Part shown: positions 50,638-62,727 of the stretch, piece after piece
Layout: the number at the start of each line of letters is the position of its first letter
Numbering within the stretch: the first letter of the stretch is position 1
Origin: Sphyrna mokarran
Lineage: Eukaryota
Assembly: GCA_024679065.1 (NCBI GenBank)
Contig: JAGIQG010000008.1
Location: 68,634,001 to 68,698,000 of the forward strand
DNA: 64,000 nucleotides
Direction: 5' to 3'
Made by a program: the position numbers and the translations under genes
Notes under the pieces: generated by a model
The model's input: only the letters and a program-made list of their open reading frames with translations
What the model was told of the DNA's origin: nothing
The model's database searches: none

Positions 50638-52079
50638 TAAAATCTCTCATCCCTGATGTGACAAATCTCATCTGCATCTCTCCTAAATTGTGGTGTTCTG
50701 AATTGGACAAAGTAATCCATTTATAGCCTAATGTCTGATATATAAAGGTTTTGCATAAGTTTCTTGATTTTGCATTTTATGCTTCTAGTAATACCACCAA
50801 AGATTCCATATGCCTTTTAACAACTTGACCTGCCACTTTCTAAGATTACTGTACATCCAACCTTGGCTTCTCTGTTCTTAACACTCTTTAAAATTGTACC
50901 ATTCCAGTTACACTGTATCTTCTCATTCTTTTTACCAAAATTTTTCACCTCACAGATGCCATATTTCTTTGTGCTCCTCAAATCTTAAGCTCTCTGAAAT
51001 CCACATTTCTTGCACAATGCATACTAATTCTTAAATGTTAACTACATCTCTAAGTTCCTTGCCATCTGTTAATTTTGAAACTATGCCCTGCATAGTTCAG
51101 TCTAGTTCATTAACATATATTAAAAGAGAGCAATACTTCCAACAGCTACCTCTAAAAAACAACTGATCACCACTAGCTTCTACAATCTGTCCCTTGGTCA
51201 CTTTTGTCTCTGCTATTCTTTTAATTCCATATCTTTCAATTTTACTAACGAGTTTATCATTTGGTACTTTGCAATCACCTTTTGAAAGTCCATATACCCA
51301 ATATCTACCACACTACCCAAATCAACACTTTCTACTGCATACAAGACCACAATCAAGCAGGTCAATTTACCTTTAAATCTGTGATTAGCTCATACTTCTC
51401 CACATATACAAATTAATTTTGTCCTGAACTGTCTTTAAAAGTTTCCGCACCACCGACCTTAGGCAAACTGGCCTGTGTGAGAGTGAAGATTTGTTACTTC
51501 TCTCATATCAATGACACAGTCATTGATTCAGTAAAATATATTTCCATTGATCTATGGTAATTAATTAAATTGTTTTTACACGCCCTTTTCCCATTGTTTT
51601 AGGAAAACTGTTTCCCAGAGGCCATGATAATATCTAACCTCTGGAGACACAGTGCTCCTAATGTGGCGAATGCATAAAAACAGAAGTATTCATCTTTTAA
51701 ATCCCAAATAGTGAAGAATACACTGAGAAGTGGCAGTGCTATTGTTGATGAAGCTCTCTAACCCCCTCATTACCAGTACAATCGGGGGACAATGGGAAGA
51801 GGCAATGAATAGCTAATATGTTAGCTTGTGACATTAATCTGCTGAACCTAACTGGTGTACATTCCTTCCCAGTCCAATCATCGCATCAGATCCCAATCTC
51901 CTGGCTAGCCTGACAGTCACCACGAGGTTGTGAACGCTTGCATTCACATACAGGTTCTGTACACATTCTCTTCTCCCATGCTGACTGCCTAACCTCTCTG
52001 TGTCTGTCTTTCCCCTAATACTCTGTTTCCTATGTCTTTCTATCCTACCCAGTTTTACCCGCTGGATGCTTTTCATTCT

Positions 52080-53680
52080 TCGCACGTCTACGCGACAGAA
52101 TTATATTTTTTGGTTTAAAAAAAAACCCTTTCCCCGAGTGTTAGCTGAACATTGCTTGGGAGCGCACAGCGAACGCAAACTAGTTCCCGGCTGAGATCTG
52201 TACATTGGATTGGGGGTGGAGGGAGGATTTCAAGATTTGTCTGTGTCTACACACCTCGGGGTGAGCAGAGAGGGATTCATCACAAAAGCAAGGCTAGGCG
52301 AGCAGGCTCTCAAAGACATCTAGCAGGAAACTAACCGTGTCCAGTATAGGAGAGCCTGGAGTAAAGAAATGGAGTGAAATTGAGGTGAATGAAGAAGAGG
52401 GAATTTCCAAAGCACTGGAGACGATTTAGCAAAGAGATGCAAAAAACAGTGGCAACGGTTCGTTCGCAAACCGGAGCCATGTAAATCATTCGCCACCATT
52501 GAACACAGGGCGGACAGGGATCAATCAGTTCGGCTATGTCAGCACACAGTCCTGGCATATCTGCTACTGTGACATAATGAAATAACAAGGCAACATGCAG
52601 TATTTAAAAAAAATCATTGGGCTCGATGGAGTTGAGGTGTGGATTTAGAATGTGAAACAAATGGACAGGAAATGACTGGTAATGTACCCCTGTAGCGAGA
52701 AAAATCGCGCCCTTTCAATCTCCCCTGTTCTGATTCTAGCTCTGAAGATTGACTGGGATCTCTCTCCGCTCCATGGTGAAGATTACATCGCACTTGCCTC
52801 TTGCCCGTCCGGGCTCGGGACCAAACTTCAAAGGAATTCATATCAATTAGTACGCCAGTGAGACCCGTCTGCAATAAAACTGGTTTGCGCTTCCAGCTGT
52901 AATGTAACTACACATCAAAATATTGTTATTCGATAAATATAGAATCGTTTTAAAACTCACCTTTTACTCTTCTTACAATTCTCTTTTTTTTCCGTGTCAA
53001 CTGAAACAATTTTCTGAGATTAAATCACTAGATCCCTGCTCCCTTGGGATTAGATTTTCTTTGTGTGGCGCGGATAGAGTGGGATATAATCCTACAGGCA
53101 CAAAAGCCTCAGGATGTCCTCGCACCGATTCCTGTGGCTGCCGTCAGTGAAAGGTGTCCTGTGGTGACACTGCTGCCGCCCCAGCCTGTGTGTTGGAGAG
53201 TCTCGGTGTGATGGCTCTGATCAACTGTGTGCTGCTACCGCCTGGCTCGGAGTGGCTTTGCGCTTGCTGAATGGTGGGATGGCACTATTGAAGCCTGTCT
53301 GAGCTGGATGGACTTTACACAGCCACAACTCTCTCTTTGACATCACACGCACATCGTTGGTTCCTCTGTAAATCCCTCTCTGAAAGACAGCGAGACGGAT
53401 AGGCTGCTCTCATCATCTGCCTGAATGGCTCAGTGTTTTGAGCCAAGCTCGTTCTTGGCATTGAAAGTTCTCCTTGACCTCTCTCTACCCTTTAAGAATG
53501 CCACTTTATTATTTATTCCCTTGTATTTACTGAGCGGTCTTAATATACTTCCTTTCTTTCCCCATGATTATTATCTTCACTCGTTTCTTTGTCCGAGTTT
53601 TACAAACACTCGTCCGCGCTGGCAGCCAGATGCTCAAATGTGTGTTTCTTTATATGGTGTAGAGATGCCGGCGTTGGACT
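52080..53680. promoter_or_regulatory. CpG-enriched unique region: candidate unmethylated promoter/enhancer
   Basis: Visibly higher CpG density than the non-TE background; GC box near 52508; TGATTTAC and TGATTGAT on minus strand at 52481-52488 and 52520-52527. Confidence 0.55.
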
Positions 53681-54013
53681 GGGATAAGCATAATAAGAAG
53701 TCTCGCAACACCCAGGTTCAAGTCCAACAGGTTTATTTGGTAGCAGTACCTTTAAGGGTCTCAAACTCCTTCATCAGGTGAGTGAGGGCTTGTGTTCACA
53801 AGCAGGGCGTATAAAGACACAAACTCAAAGTATAAGACAATGGTTGAAATGCGAGTCTTTACAACCATTATCTTGTAAATTGAATTTGTGTCTGTAAATG
53901 CCCTGCTTGTGAACTCAACTGCTTATTCACCCGAAGAAGGAGTGACACTATGAAAGCATGTGCTACCAAATAAATCTGTTGGGCTTTAACCTGGTGTTGC
54001 GAAACTTCTTATT
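53655..54013. mobile_element. Penelope-derived inverted terminal-repeat element with degenerate hammerhead cores in both arms
   Basis: Arms about 53692-53846 and 53862-54013 are imperfect reverse complements; cores CUGAUGA..UAAA (minus, 53751-53777) and CCGAAGA..GAAA (plus, 53931-53955). Confidence 0.75.
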
Positions 54014-54632
54014 TCCTTTACATAATCAGGTAGTACTCAAATTCTCTTCCACAATCTTGATCTCTATCTAGCTTTCTGTTTATACTGGATAGATAACCTC
54101 CTGTTTAATATCTCGTGATTGTGAAAGTGAGCCCAACTTGTAAATACAATCCATTTTAAAAGGTGCAGATTTCAAAGGTGCTGAAGAGAGGAGATCTTGT
54201 TACTCTCATATAGCTTAACAGTTACTCTTAGATAGTTTAGCCTTCTGCGGGGAATCTGAATTTGTGTCTGTAAATGCCCTGCTTGTGAACTCAACTGCTT
54301 ATTCACCCGAAGAAGGAGTGACACTATGAAAGCATGTGCTACCAAATAAATCTGTTGGGCTTTAACCTGGTGTTGCGAAACTTCTTATTTCCTTTACATA
54401 ATCAGGTAGTACTCAAATTCTCTTCCACAATCTTGATCTCTATCTAGCTTTCTGTTTATACTGGATAGATAACCTCCTGTTTAATATCTCGTGATTGTGA
54501 AAGTGAGCCCAACTTGTAAATACAATCCATTTTAAAAGGTGCAGATTTCAAAGGTGCTGAAGAGAGGAGATCTTGTTACTCTCATATAGCTTAACAGTTA
54601 CTCTTAGATAGTTTAGCCTTCTGCGGGGAATC
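53881..54632 (+). repeat. Perfect tandem duplication, 2 x 376 bp
   Basis: 53881-54256 equals 54257-54632; no difference seen by eye. Confidence 0.97.
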
Positions 54633-54854
54633 GACCATCAAATTGTTACAATAGGCACTGACTGGATTTTACAAACCAGTGAGGTTTTAGGATTAAGAAA
54701 GAATAAATACAACACTAGTCTGAACAAGGTACAAATCATAAAAAGACAGAAAATCGTGGGTAGGAAAAAGAGACCGAAAGGCAAAGCAAGAATAATTAAT
54801 TTAAGCTTCAGAACTTTATATCGCACAATATGTGTGTTTGTAGTTATTAATTAT

Positions 54855-55370
54855 AAACATAGGAATTCAGAGCAGGAGTGTGCCATTCGGCTCCATGGCT
54901 GCTCCGTTATTTGATAAGATCGTAGCTAGTCTGATTCTGACCTTTCCTGTCTACCCCTAATATCATTGACTCCCTTGTCAGTCAAGAATCGGTCTAATTC
55001 AGCTTTGAATAGATTGATTGACCCAGTCTCTATTGCTTTCTGGGGAAGAGAATTCCTCAGACTCAACACTTTTTGGGAGAAAATAATTCTCATCTCAAGC
55101 AATATCCCTTATTTTTAAACAGTATCCCACAGTTCCAGCCTCTCCCACAAGAAATATCCAAAATGCCAAGTCCCATAAGGGTTTTATGAGTTTCAATGAG
55201 ATCACCTCTCAATTTTATAAATTCCAATGATTCCAGATCCAATCTGTCCTCACAACCTCTTCATCCTAGAAATCAGCCAAGTGAATCTCCTCTGCATTTC
55301 TTCTAATTCAATAATATCCTTTCATAAATAAGTGACAAAACTTTAGACAATACTCCAGATGTGGTCTTAA
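54855..55370 (-). mobile_element. CR1 3' end
   Basis: AACATAGGAATT..GAGCAGGAGT..AATACTCCAGATGTGGTCT (reverse RPHLEY). Confidence 0.8.
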
Positions 55371-55462
55371 ATATGTATGTACATGCATATGTTCATAGAT
55401 AATTATATTTATATGTGCATATATAATTACACACATCCCACACACTAACATACACAGTTGTA

Positions 55463-55570
55463 TAAAAAAGCAAAATATGACAATGCTGGAAATCTCAAAT
55501 TAAAAAAAACAGAAAATGCTGGAAAAATTTGGCAAATGTAGCAGCGTCAATGGTGCAAGAAACAAAGTTC
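55463..55570 (-). mobile_element. Penelope-like terminal fragment
   Basis: AAAGCAAAATA..GCTGGAAATCT..ACAGAAAATGCTGGAAA, same family as 726-830. Confidence 0.65.
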
Positions 55571-56309
55571 ATGCTCAAAATTTTGTATCCCCAAGGGGCA
55601 GCTGGCAGGCATCAAACCAGCAAGACTTTCATCCATGTTTCTCTTTTTTATGATCTGCCTACAGTCCCAGTCAAGGCCATTCCCAATTATGAATCAGAAA
55701 GTTGCCAGTCATTTGATTTACAAGCAACTCTCAGATGCAGGACATCTTCCCTAATAAGGGTGGTCAGGTGGGGAAATATTCAGCCCAAATGCTTATCTTT
55801 GTGATCTTTCATCAGAATATACATTCATGCATATATATATATGCAGCCTTATATTCACACAGTAAGTCCCCATTTAATGTTGCCCCATTTTATCGCATTT
55901 CACTTTAACACCAGTCAGTTAATAGAGCTTGTAGTATTTCCTGGTGACAAAAATTTCATTTTCCATTCAATAACCCAACCTCTTGTTGCCAACTCTCTCT
56001 TTGACTTTGATTCCCCCTCTTATCAATCCTTGCTCTCGACAACCATCCCACTCCCTAGGGGAGATCCTACAAAAAAATTTAAATGCCAAATGGATAGGAA
56101 AACAAGAGTTATTTGCACTTTTTTTGGTGAACCACAAATCACAATGAGACTTAGTGCAATGAAAGAGCCTCAATATGATTCTCGCCACCATGGATTCTCT
56201 GGGCACATGACCCACTTAAAATGGCTGCAGTTGAACAGCTTTGACAAGAGAGAGCTAAATATAAGTGCTAACAATGGAAACACAGGTATTCATGTGAGGA
56301 AGAAACATC

Positions 56310-57960
56310 TTATAGAGTAGCCCCATGATTTATCAAAGGAGAGTCTGCTGACCACAGTAGAGGAGAATGTCTCTTTCCCCACAATGGGCAATGACCCAGC
56401 GGTGGGTCAGCAATAAGGCCTGGGAGGTAATGGTGGTGGGAGTCAGTGCGTGTGCACTGTCATGGAATAGGGCCACCAGTGTCAGAAGAAAATGAATGAC
56501 CTCCTTAAGGCAACAAGGGTAAGTGTTTATTCCATTCTGGCATCAGCCCTGTTTGTCGTGCCTGTAATGTCCATTCACACTCTGACAACCCATGGTCTTC
56601 CAGCATCTGGCCCCAGCATCTGCCTTCAATGCCTCTGCCACAGCATGTCACAACCTCTGCCTGCCGAGGCACAGCCTCGACAGACCCCAACCAACCGACA
56701 CCACACCTAACACCCTGTACCCTTCCAGCCATCAGGCTTTCAATTCCCCCTTCTGTCCCCACAGCAGAAGATGGCCAATGATCTCCAGGAGAAGACAGGA
56801 GTTGTGGTCCCCGAGCCTCATATTCTCACTCCCTATTTTTCCCTTTGAGGAAGGAGCCATTAATCCGGCTGGAGAGGAGGACAGAACTGTGATTGACAAC
56901 CACATCAGCCTGTGACCAGGAAGTGGGCATCCTCCAGTCCTTCATTCATATGACAACTCTCAAGTAAATGGCATGCTGCCCAGAGACTTGTCCATCAATG
57001 TGTCTTTTATTGCAGCAGATGCACTCAGACCATTTGGTGTCACTGCTCATCCTGCAGCTCATGCTGAAATGCTCCACTACAATATGGAGGACACCTCAGA
57101 GAAGATCCTGATTAATCTTCCAAGGCCAGCTTAATCAATTTGACAAAGATTTCCTGCACACAACCCACCAGCGCAGATGCAATCACCTCAGTCAGACAAA
57201 CTGGTGGTGAGGCTTCTGGGTCACAGTCTGATGCACACAACACAGCTTTGATGTACATTGGGTAGAGATAGGGATATCTAAGGGCTCAAGAAGGTTTCCA
57301 GAGCCACAGAATCAGCTGGTCTCTGGCCAAGTGTTGGGCTGCTGTGATTAATTTGCCTTAAGCTGTTGGAGATACAGCAGCAGAACCAAGGAATGTAAGA
57401 AGGCGGTGTCTGCAACACTGCAGCAACTATGGGAGGAGTCCCGCAGCCTTCAGATACAGGAGATGTTGCCAGCATTGTGTAGCACCCAGGCCAACACTGC
57501 AAGGGTGACTCCCGCTGTGGAAAGACTGGGTCAGGCCACAATGGGTGGTATGGTCCAAGACATGTCCGAGTCACAGTAGGCCATGGCTTGGGGCTCGGAA
57601 GCATAGTCCAGTCACAATGGGTCATTGCTGAGCAGCTGCAGAGATTGGCTGAGTCTCAGAGGGCACTTGCAGCTGGCATCGAAAGCGTGACTCAGACTCA
57701 GAGGACCATCAAGGTCTCGCACACCTTGCGGTGGATGCAGTTGGTCCTCCAAGGCTGGCAGGGCCAGATGATGAAGGGGTTTCTGCAATTCACTCCAGAT
57801 GCCTTATCATCCCATGGAGTGGCCCAGGGGACTATGGATACCCAAAGAGAGGTGGAACAGCTGAAGTCTATGCTGAGGTCTTTCGCCTGGAATCTCCAGC
57901 CTTCAGTACGCTTTCCAATTTCCCCCCTTCCTGATATGAGGGAATCTCATGGGTAGCGGG
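56310..57960 (+). pseudogene. Harbinger Myb/SANT-like DNA-binding protein gene remnant (intron-containing)
   Basis: KAWEVMVVGVSA..GHQCQKKMNDLLKATR followed by donor GTAAGT (about 56519); downstream coiled-coil-like IAEQLQRLAESQRALA. Confidence 0.7.
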
Positions 57961-58889
57961 ATGAACAGGATTGCATTGATACATCTGTGACACCAGAAAG
58001 TAGGCCCAGGCCCTTCAGGTCTCGGCCCTCCAGGGGACATCTGCCAAGGGCATCAGAAGGGCATGGGGTACGTTCGGACCACCACCACCTCTGTTATGTA
58101 CCCTGGGAATGTGGTAGGCCACAAAGGGTTAAGAGGTTGTAGGATCACCAAGATGGCATGAGTAAAGGACTGCATGTTATCTAGGAGAGGTTTATATGCA
58201 CTGTTAAATGTCATTAATAAATGATATTGCACCACACAGCTGTGACTAATCTATCTGTGTTTCGCTTCCCACAAAGATGACCGGACACTAATCGTACCCA
58301 GAGGGCCTCAGAGCATCATTGTGCATGAGAAAGGCCCTTTGGCCACTGATATGTAATTCCCATTTTCCAGCACAATGGCCAGACCACTGGCTGGCATGGG
58401 ACTCCAAGTATTCATGATAAGCAGTCCCAGCGGTGGGTGCCATGTAGGCTCACAGTGTCACATAGCTTAGTGCAGTATTCCCAGCACCCACCAAACCTTA
58501 GGACTGCTCCTCTCCTTCCCCCCAACCTAAACAACCAGCCACGCGCACTTCTTGGGCATTGGACAGCATAGTGGTGCCCCCAACCCTCACTCAGACATGG
58601 ATCCAGTGTCAGTTTAAGGTGAAAGAGCAGTAGGAGTTAGACTTGTGTGGCACCAGGGCAATATCACAATGTGCTGCATAGCAAGTCATCATCACTGCCC
58701 TGCCTGAACCAGCAACTCACTAACACAACTAATCCAGATCTATCATTCTGGTGTAAGGTCAATGGAAGTCATGGCAGGGATTTGGATAAGTTTGAGGGTG
58801 AGGGATTTGCTAGCTCCCAGGGGTGGTCTACACACCCACATACTGGAGAACCTTGTGACAATGAAGCTTCCCTCACCTCCCAGCTCTGA

Positions 58890-59620
58890 AACTCCTCTGC
58901 CATCACTGTCTTCTTTCCTCTAGCTCCTCCATGGCCTCTTCCTTCACATCCCTTTGGGCCTCCTCTACTTCAGGGGCATCCACTTGCTCGCCAACCACTT
59001 CCTCCTCCTCCAGGAAGTCTCCCTGCTGCTGTGCCAGATTGTTCAGCACACAACAGATCACGATGATGCACAGTACTCTCAGGGGCTGTATTGCAGGATG
59101 AGTGGCCCAAGTAGCACATCTTCAGCAGCCCAATGCACTATTCAATGATGGATAAGTTGGCAGCGTGGGTCTCCATTTTGCATTGGCATCATCAGCCCTT
59201 AGCCTTTTTTCCTCACAAGCCATCTTGGCAGCCTGTATTGGTCTTCGAAGACCCCAGGTATGTCACAGCTCTGAAAAATGAGGCTATCATGCACGCTCTC
59301 CAGGATGGCATGACCACTGGTGATCACTTACTATTTTTCAGTCCAATGATCCCAAAGCAATCAAGAAATATACATTTTGATCAGGCAAAGGAGCCCCCAG
59401 TTGTTATGAGCCAGATTAGAAACTCCAAGATGTTTCATGAAGTCAGCCTTGGCCTTTTGTTTTGTACTTTGAATTTAGCATGGGTAAACATAAACCAGGC
59501 GATTCTCTCAACAGTGCAGTGGCCCAGAGACTCAAGCCAAGGCCATATAGTGGGCTTCCCACTGGGCACCACAGCCTTCGCGAGTCTCCAGCTGCTGGAT
59601 TTTTGGTGCCTTCAGCTCCG
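58890..59620 (-). pseudogene. Harbinger (HARBI1-like) DDE transposase remnant
   Basis: Minus strand RVLCIIVICCVLNNLAQQQG followed by an acidic tail, typical of the HARBI1 C-terminus; convergent with the Myb gene. Confidence 0.7.
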
Positions 59621-59879
59621 TGCTAGAAATCGGCTCGGAGCTCCATACTTTATTATAATAATGACTTAAATTTCATTATCAGGCCCAGGACTGAAGTCTC
59701 TGGTGAGAAATGGGGGAGATCAAGACAATTAAGATGGCCAAGTATGGGTGGAAATTCATTTCAAAAATCCCACTCAAAAAAACCAGCAGGATTTACTCCA
59801 GTTTTTACGTGAATTCAATGCTAAGAATTTTTTGAAGAGCATCCCACCCAAGATGTTTCACTCCAGGTGAGATTCAAGT

Positions 59880-60562
59880 GACAGATGCATATTTAAGAAT
59901 ACAATTAATATACAAGACAATTTGCAATAATGTTTACCAATTACAAACAAGCAAAACAAAACAATGATATTGTATAATTCTTAACAGCTAAATATATTGT
60001 TCCAATCAAAAAAATCCAACACATTAGGCTTAGCACAGAAAGTAAGTATGCTCACATGATGCTGAATTTTGCAGCTTTGCACTACCTGCTGTGAATCAGT
60101 CCTTTGGATGGAGAATTGAAACTCTGATTTCTCAATCCTGAAGCATTCAGCACACCTCAAGGTAGAGAGAGAGCCACTGTTTACCTCTAACTGTTAGCTA
60201 GAAAACCACTGACAGCAGAATTTTCACTTGAGAGAGATAGGCAAGAAAGACTGCTTCCAGTCTGTAGTCCAAACACCAGCTAACAAACTGAAACTAACCC
60301 TTGAATTTTCCTTGTGAAAAAGTTGTCCCATGGTTCCACTTGACCTGTCAATCATTTTTCCCCAACAATTCAAAGAGGATCATAAAATTCCAGCACACTG
60401 CATTTATCCAAATTAAAAATAAACAAAAGGCCCATTATATGGCTGCAGCAACAGAAAATATAACGGTAAAGACAGAATGCATCAAAATCAAAATTATCAG
60501 GCCTGCTTGAAACAACTGCAGGAAAACATGATTAAAATACATTTCTTATAGGCATAGCAACA
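59880..60562 (-). mobile_element. LTR-like fragment
   Basis: Minus strand starts TGTTGCTATGCCTATAAGAAATG, similar to the start of the 49190 element. Confidence 0.5.
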
Positions 60563-61084
60563 TCACACCTTGATCATAGGACCCTCAGACCAGCGTGAGC
60601 CTCCCAAACTCCTGCACCCATGCAAGCCACCCACCCCACCCTGCACCTTGGCCATGTCTGAAACTCCACCACCCCACCCCAGCTATACTGCAGAGGTTAG
60701 TACTCAATGGTACTCACCTCCTCATTCGCCTTCATCATTGCTGCTCCTGAACTACATTTATATACAGCAATTGTAACTCTCGCTGGCATGGCTCCTCACC
60801 AATGAATTGGTAAATGTACACAATTGTGCCACACTCACTAATGAAGTTGAAGTCCATTCAAATGTATGCTAATGTGCGTTTCATCCATTTTGAGCATGAA
60901 GCTGTTCACATCCGGAAAAAGTGGCTGATAGGATCAGAACCTGTGTGAAATGGGGTGTAATTCCAAATTTTTGCTTTGCACACAATCTTACCACCTTGCA
61001 CACCAATCGACACCAGGACGAGGCCATAAGATCACAGCCCCAGACTTTCCCACAACACTTTCTTCTCCTTTAGTAAGCATTGGC

Positions 61085-61985
61085 AACAGCATCTCCTCTA
61101 CAATCATCCTCAACACCCACAAGGCTGTGTTCTCAGCCTACTATTATACTTCTTATATACATATGACTGTGCAGCCAAATTCCCCTCCAACTCAATTTTC
61201 AAGTTTGCCACCGTAGTGGGTCGGATCTCAAATAATGAGACAGAGTGCAGGAATGAGATAGAGAATCTGATGAACTGATGCGGCAACAATAATCTCTCCC
61301 TCAATGTCAACAAAACGAAGGAGATTATCATCGAATTCAGGAAGCATAAAGGAGAACATCAACATGGATGAAGTAGAAAGGATCGAGAGCTTCAGTTTTT
61401 TAGGTGTCTTGTTCTGGGCCCCCATGCTGATGCTATAGTTAAGAAAGCCCACCAACAGCTCTATTTTCTGAGAAGACTAAGGAAATTTGTCATGTCAGCT
61501 ACAACTCTCACCAACTTTTATAGATGCACCATAGAAAGCATTCTTTCTGGTTCTATCAAGCTTGGTATGGCTCCTGCTCTGCACAAGACTGCAAGGAACG
61601 ACAAAAGATTGTGAATGTAGCCCAATCCATCATATAAACCGGCCTCCCATCCAGTGACTCTGTCTACACTTCCTGCTGCCTTGTCAAAGCAGCCTGCTTA
61701 ATTAAGGACTTCATGCACCCCGATATTCTCACTTCCACTTTCTTCCTTCGGGAAAAAGATACAACGGACTCAAGAACAACTTCTTCCCTACTGCTGTCAG
61801 ATGTTTGAATGGGCTTACCTTGCATTAGGTTGATCTTTCTCTACACCTTAGTAATGTCTGTAACACTACATTCTGCAGTCTCTCGTTTCCTTCGTTATGA
61901 ATGATGTTTCTTCTGTATAGTGCACAAGAAACAATATTTTAACTGTATGTTAATACATGCGACAATAATAAATTAAAGCAAAATC
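61085..61985 (+). mobile_element. Rex1/Babar-like LINE 3' part (RT)
   Basis: PQGCVLS, NNLSLNVNKTKEIIIEFRK, KKAHQQLYFLRRLRKF, TNFYRCTIESIL; tail AATAATAAA. Confidence 0.85.
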
Positions 61986-62727
61986 ATTGTAAGCTGAGCA
62001 TCTGGAGGTGAGAGATGAGTGGCAGGAAAAACAGCTTTGACTTGCAGGAAGTCAGTTCTCGTCAAGTGAAATTACAATCAGCTTTACCCCTTTCTGATCT
62101 GAAATTACTTAGTAGCAGTTTCACAACAATGAAATTATTTAGTGAATATTGGATTGAACATATTTGGGAGGGTGAGTCAGGAAGCAGGAGAGACCACAAG
62201 TTGAAAGGAGCGAGAGGGTGAGCCTGTAATGACAGGCCGTGAACTGTAGGGTCAGTGAGGGATAAGTTCTACAGTTACCTGGAATATCAGAGAGCAACAG
62301 CTGTTATATATACTTATAGAAAATTACAATCTTTCTTTTGTTTTTTAAGAAAATTTCTTTTTAAGAGTAGTTAATTTACCAATACAGGAATTTAGCAATG
62401 CAAAATTATTTCGCCTTTTCTCTGATGAGGAAGATTCTACAGAACTTAATGACAGTTTCACCTTTGGTTTTAATGAGAAAACATGCTTCACTTAAAAGTC
62501 ATTTCACTTAATGTTATGATTTTCAGGAACACAACTATAATTTTAAATGAGGACTTAACATATTTGCATGCTATCAGACAAATAAGGAATTATATTTTTC
62601 TTTTAGTAATAGCATTGTAATGTTGCTAATGGACTGGAAAACAAGCTTTTGGGATGTGATTGTTGTAATTAGATTAGAAGACAGAATGACAGCAAGAGTC
62701 TAAAACAACAATAACAAGTAGATCTTG

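Noticed and set aside
55841-56320. 159-aa ATG-initiated ORF
   Set aside because: No recognisable domain, begins in an AT microsatellite-like tract and abuts the Harbinger relic; cannot be supported as a gene
59133-59669. 178-aa plus-strand ORF
   Set aside because: Antisense to the decayed Harbinger transposase
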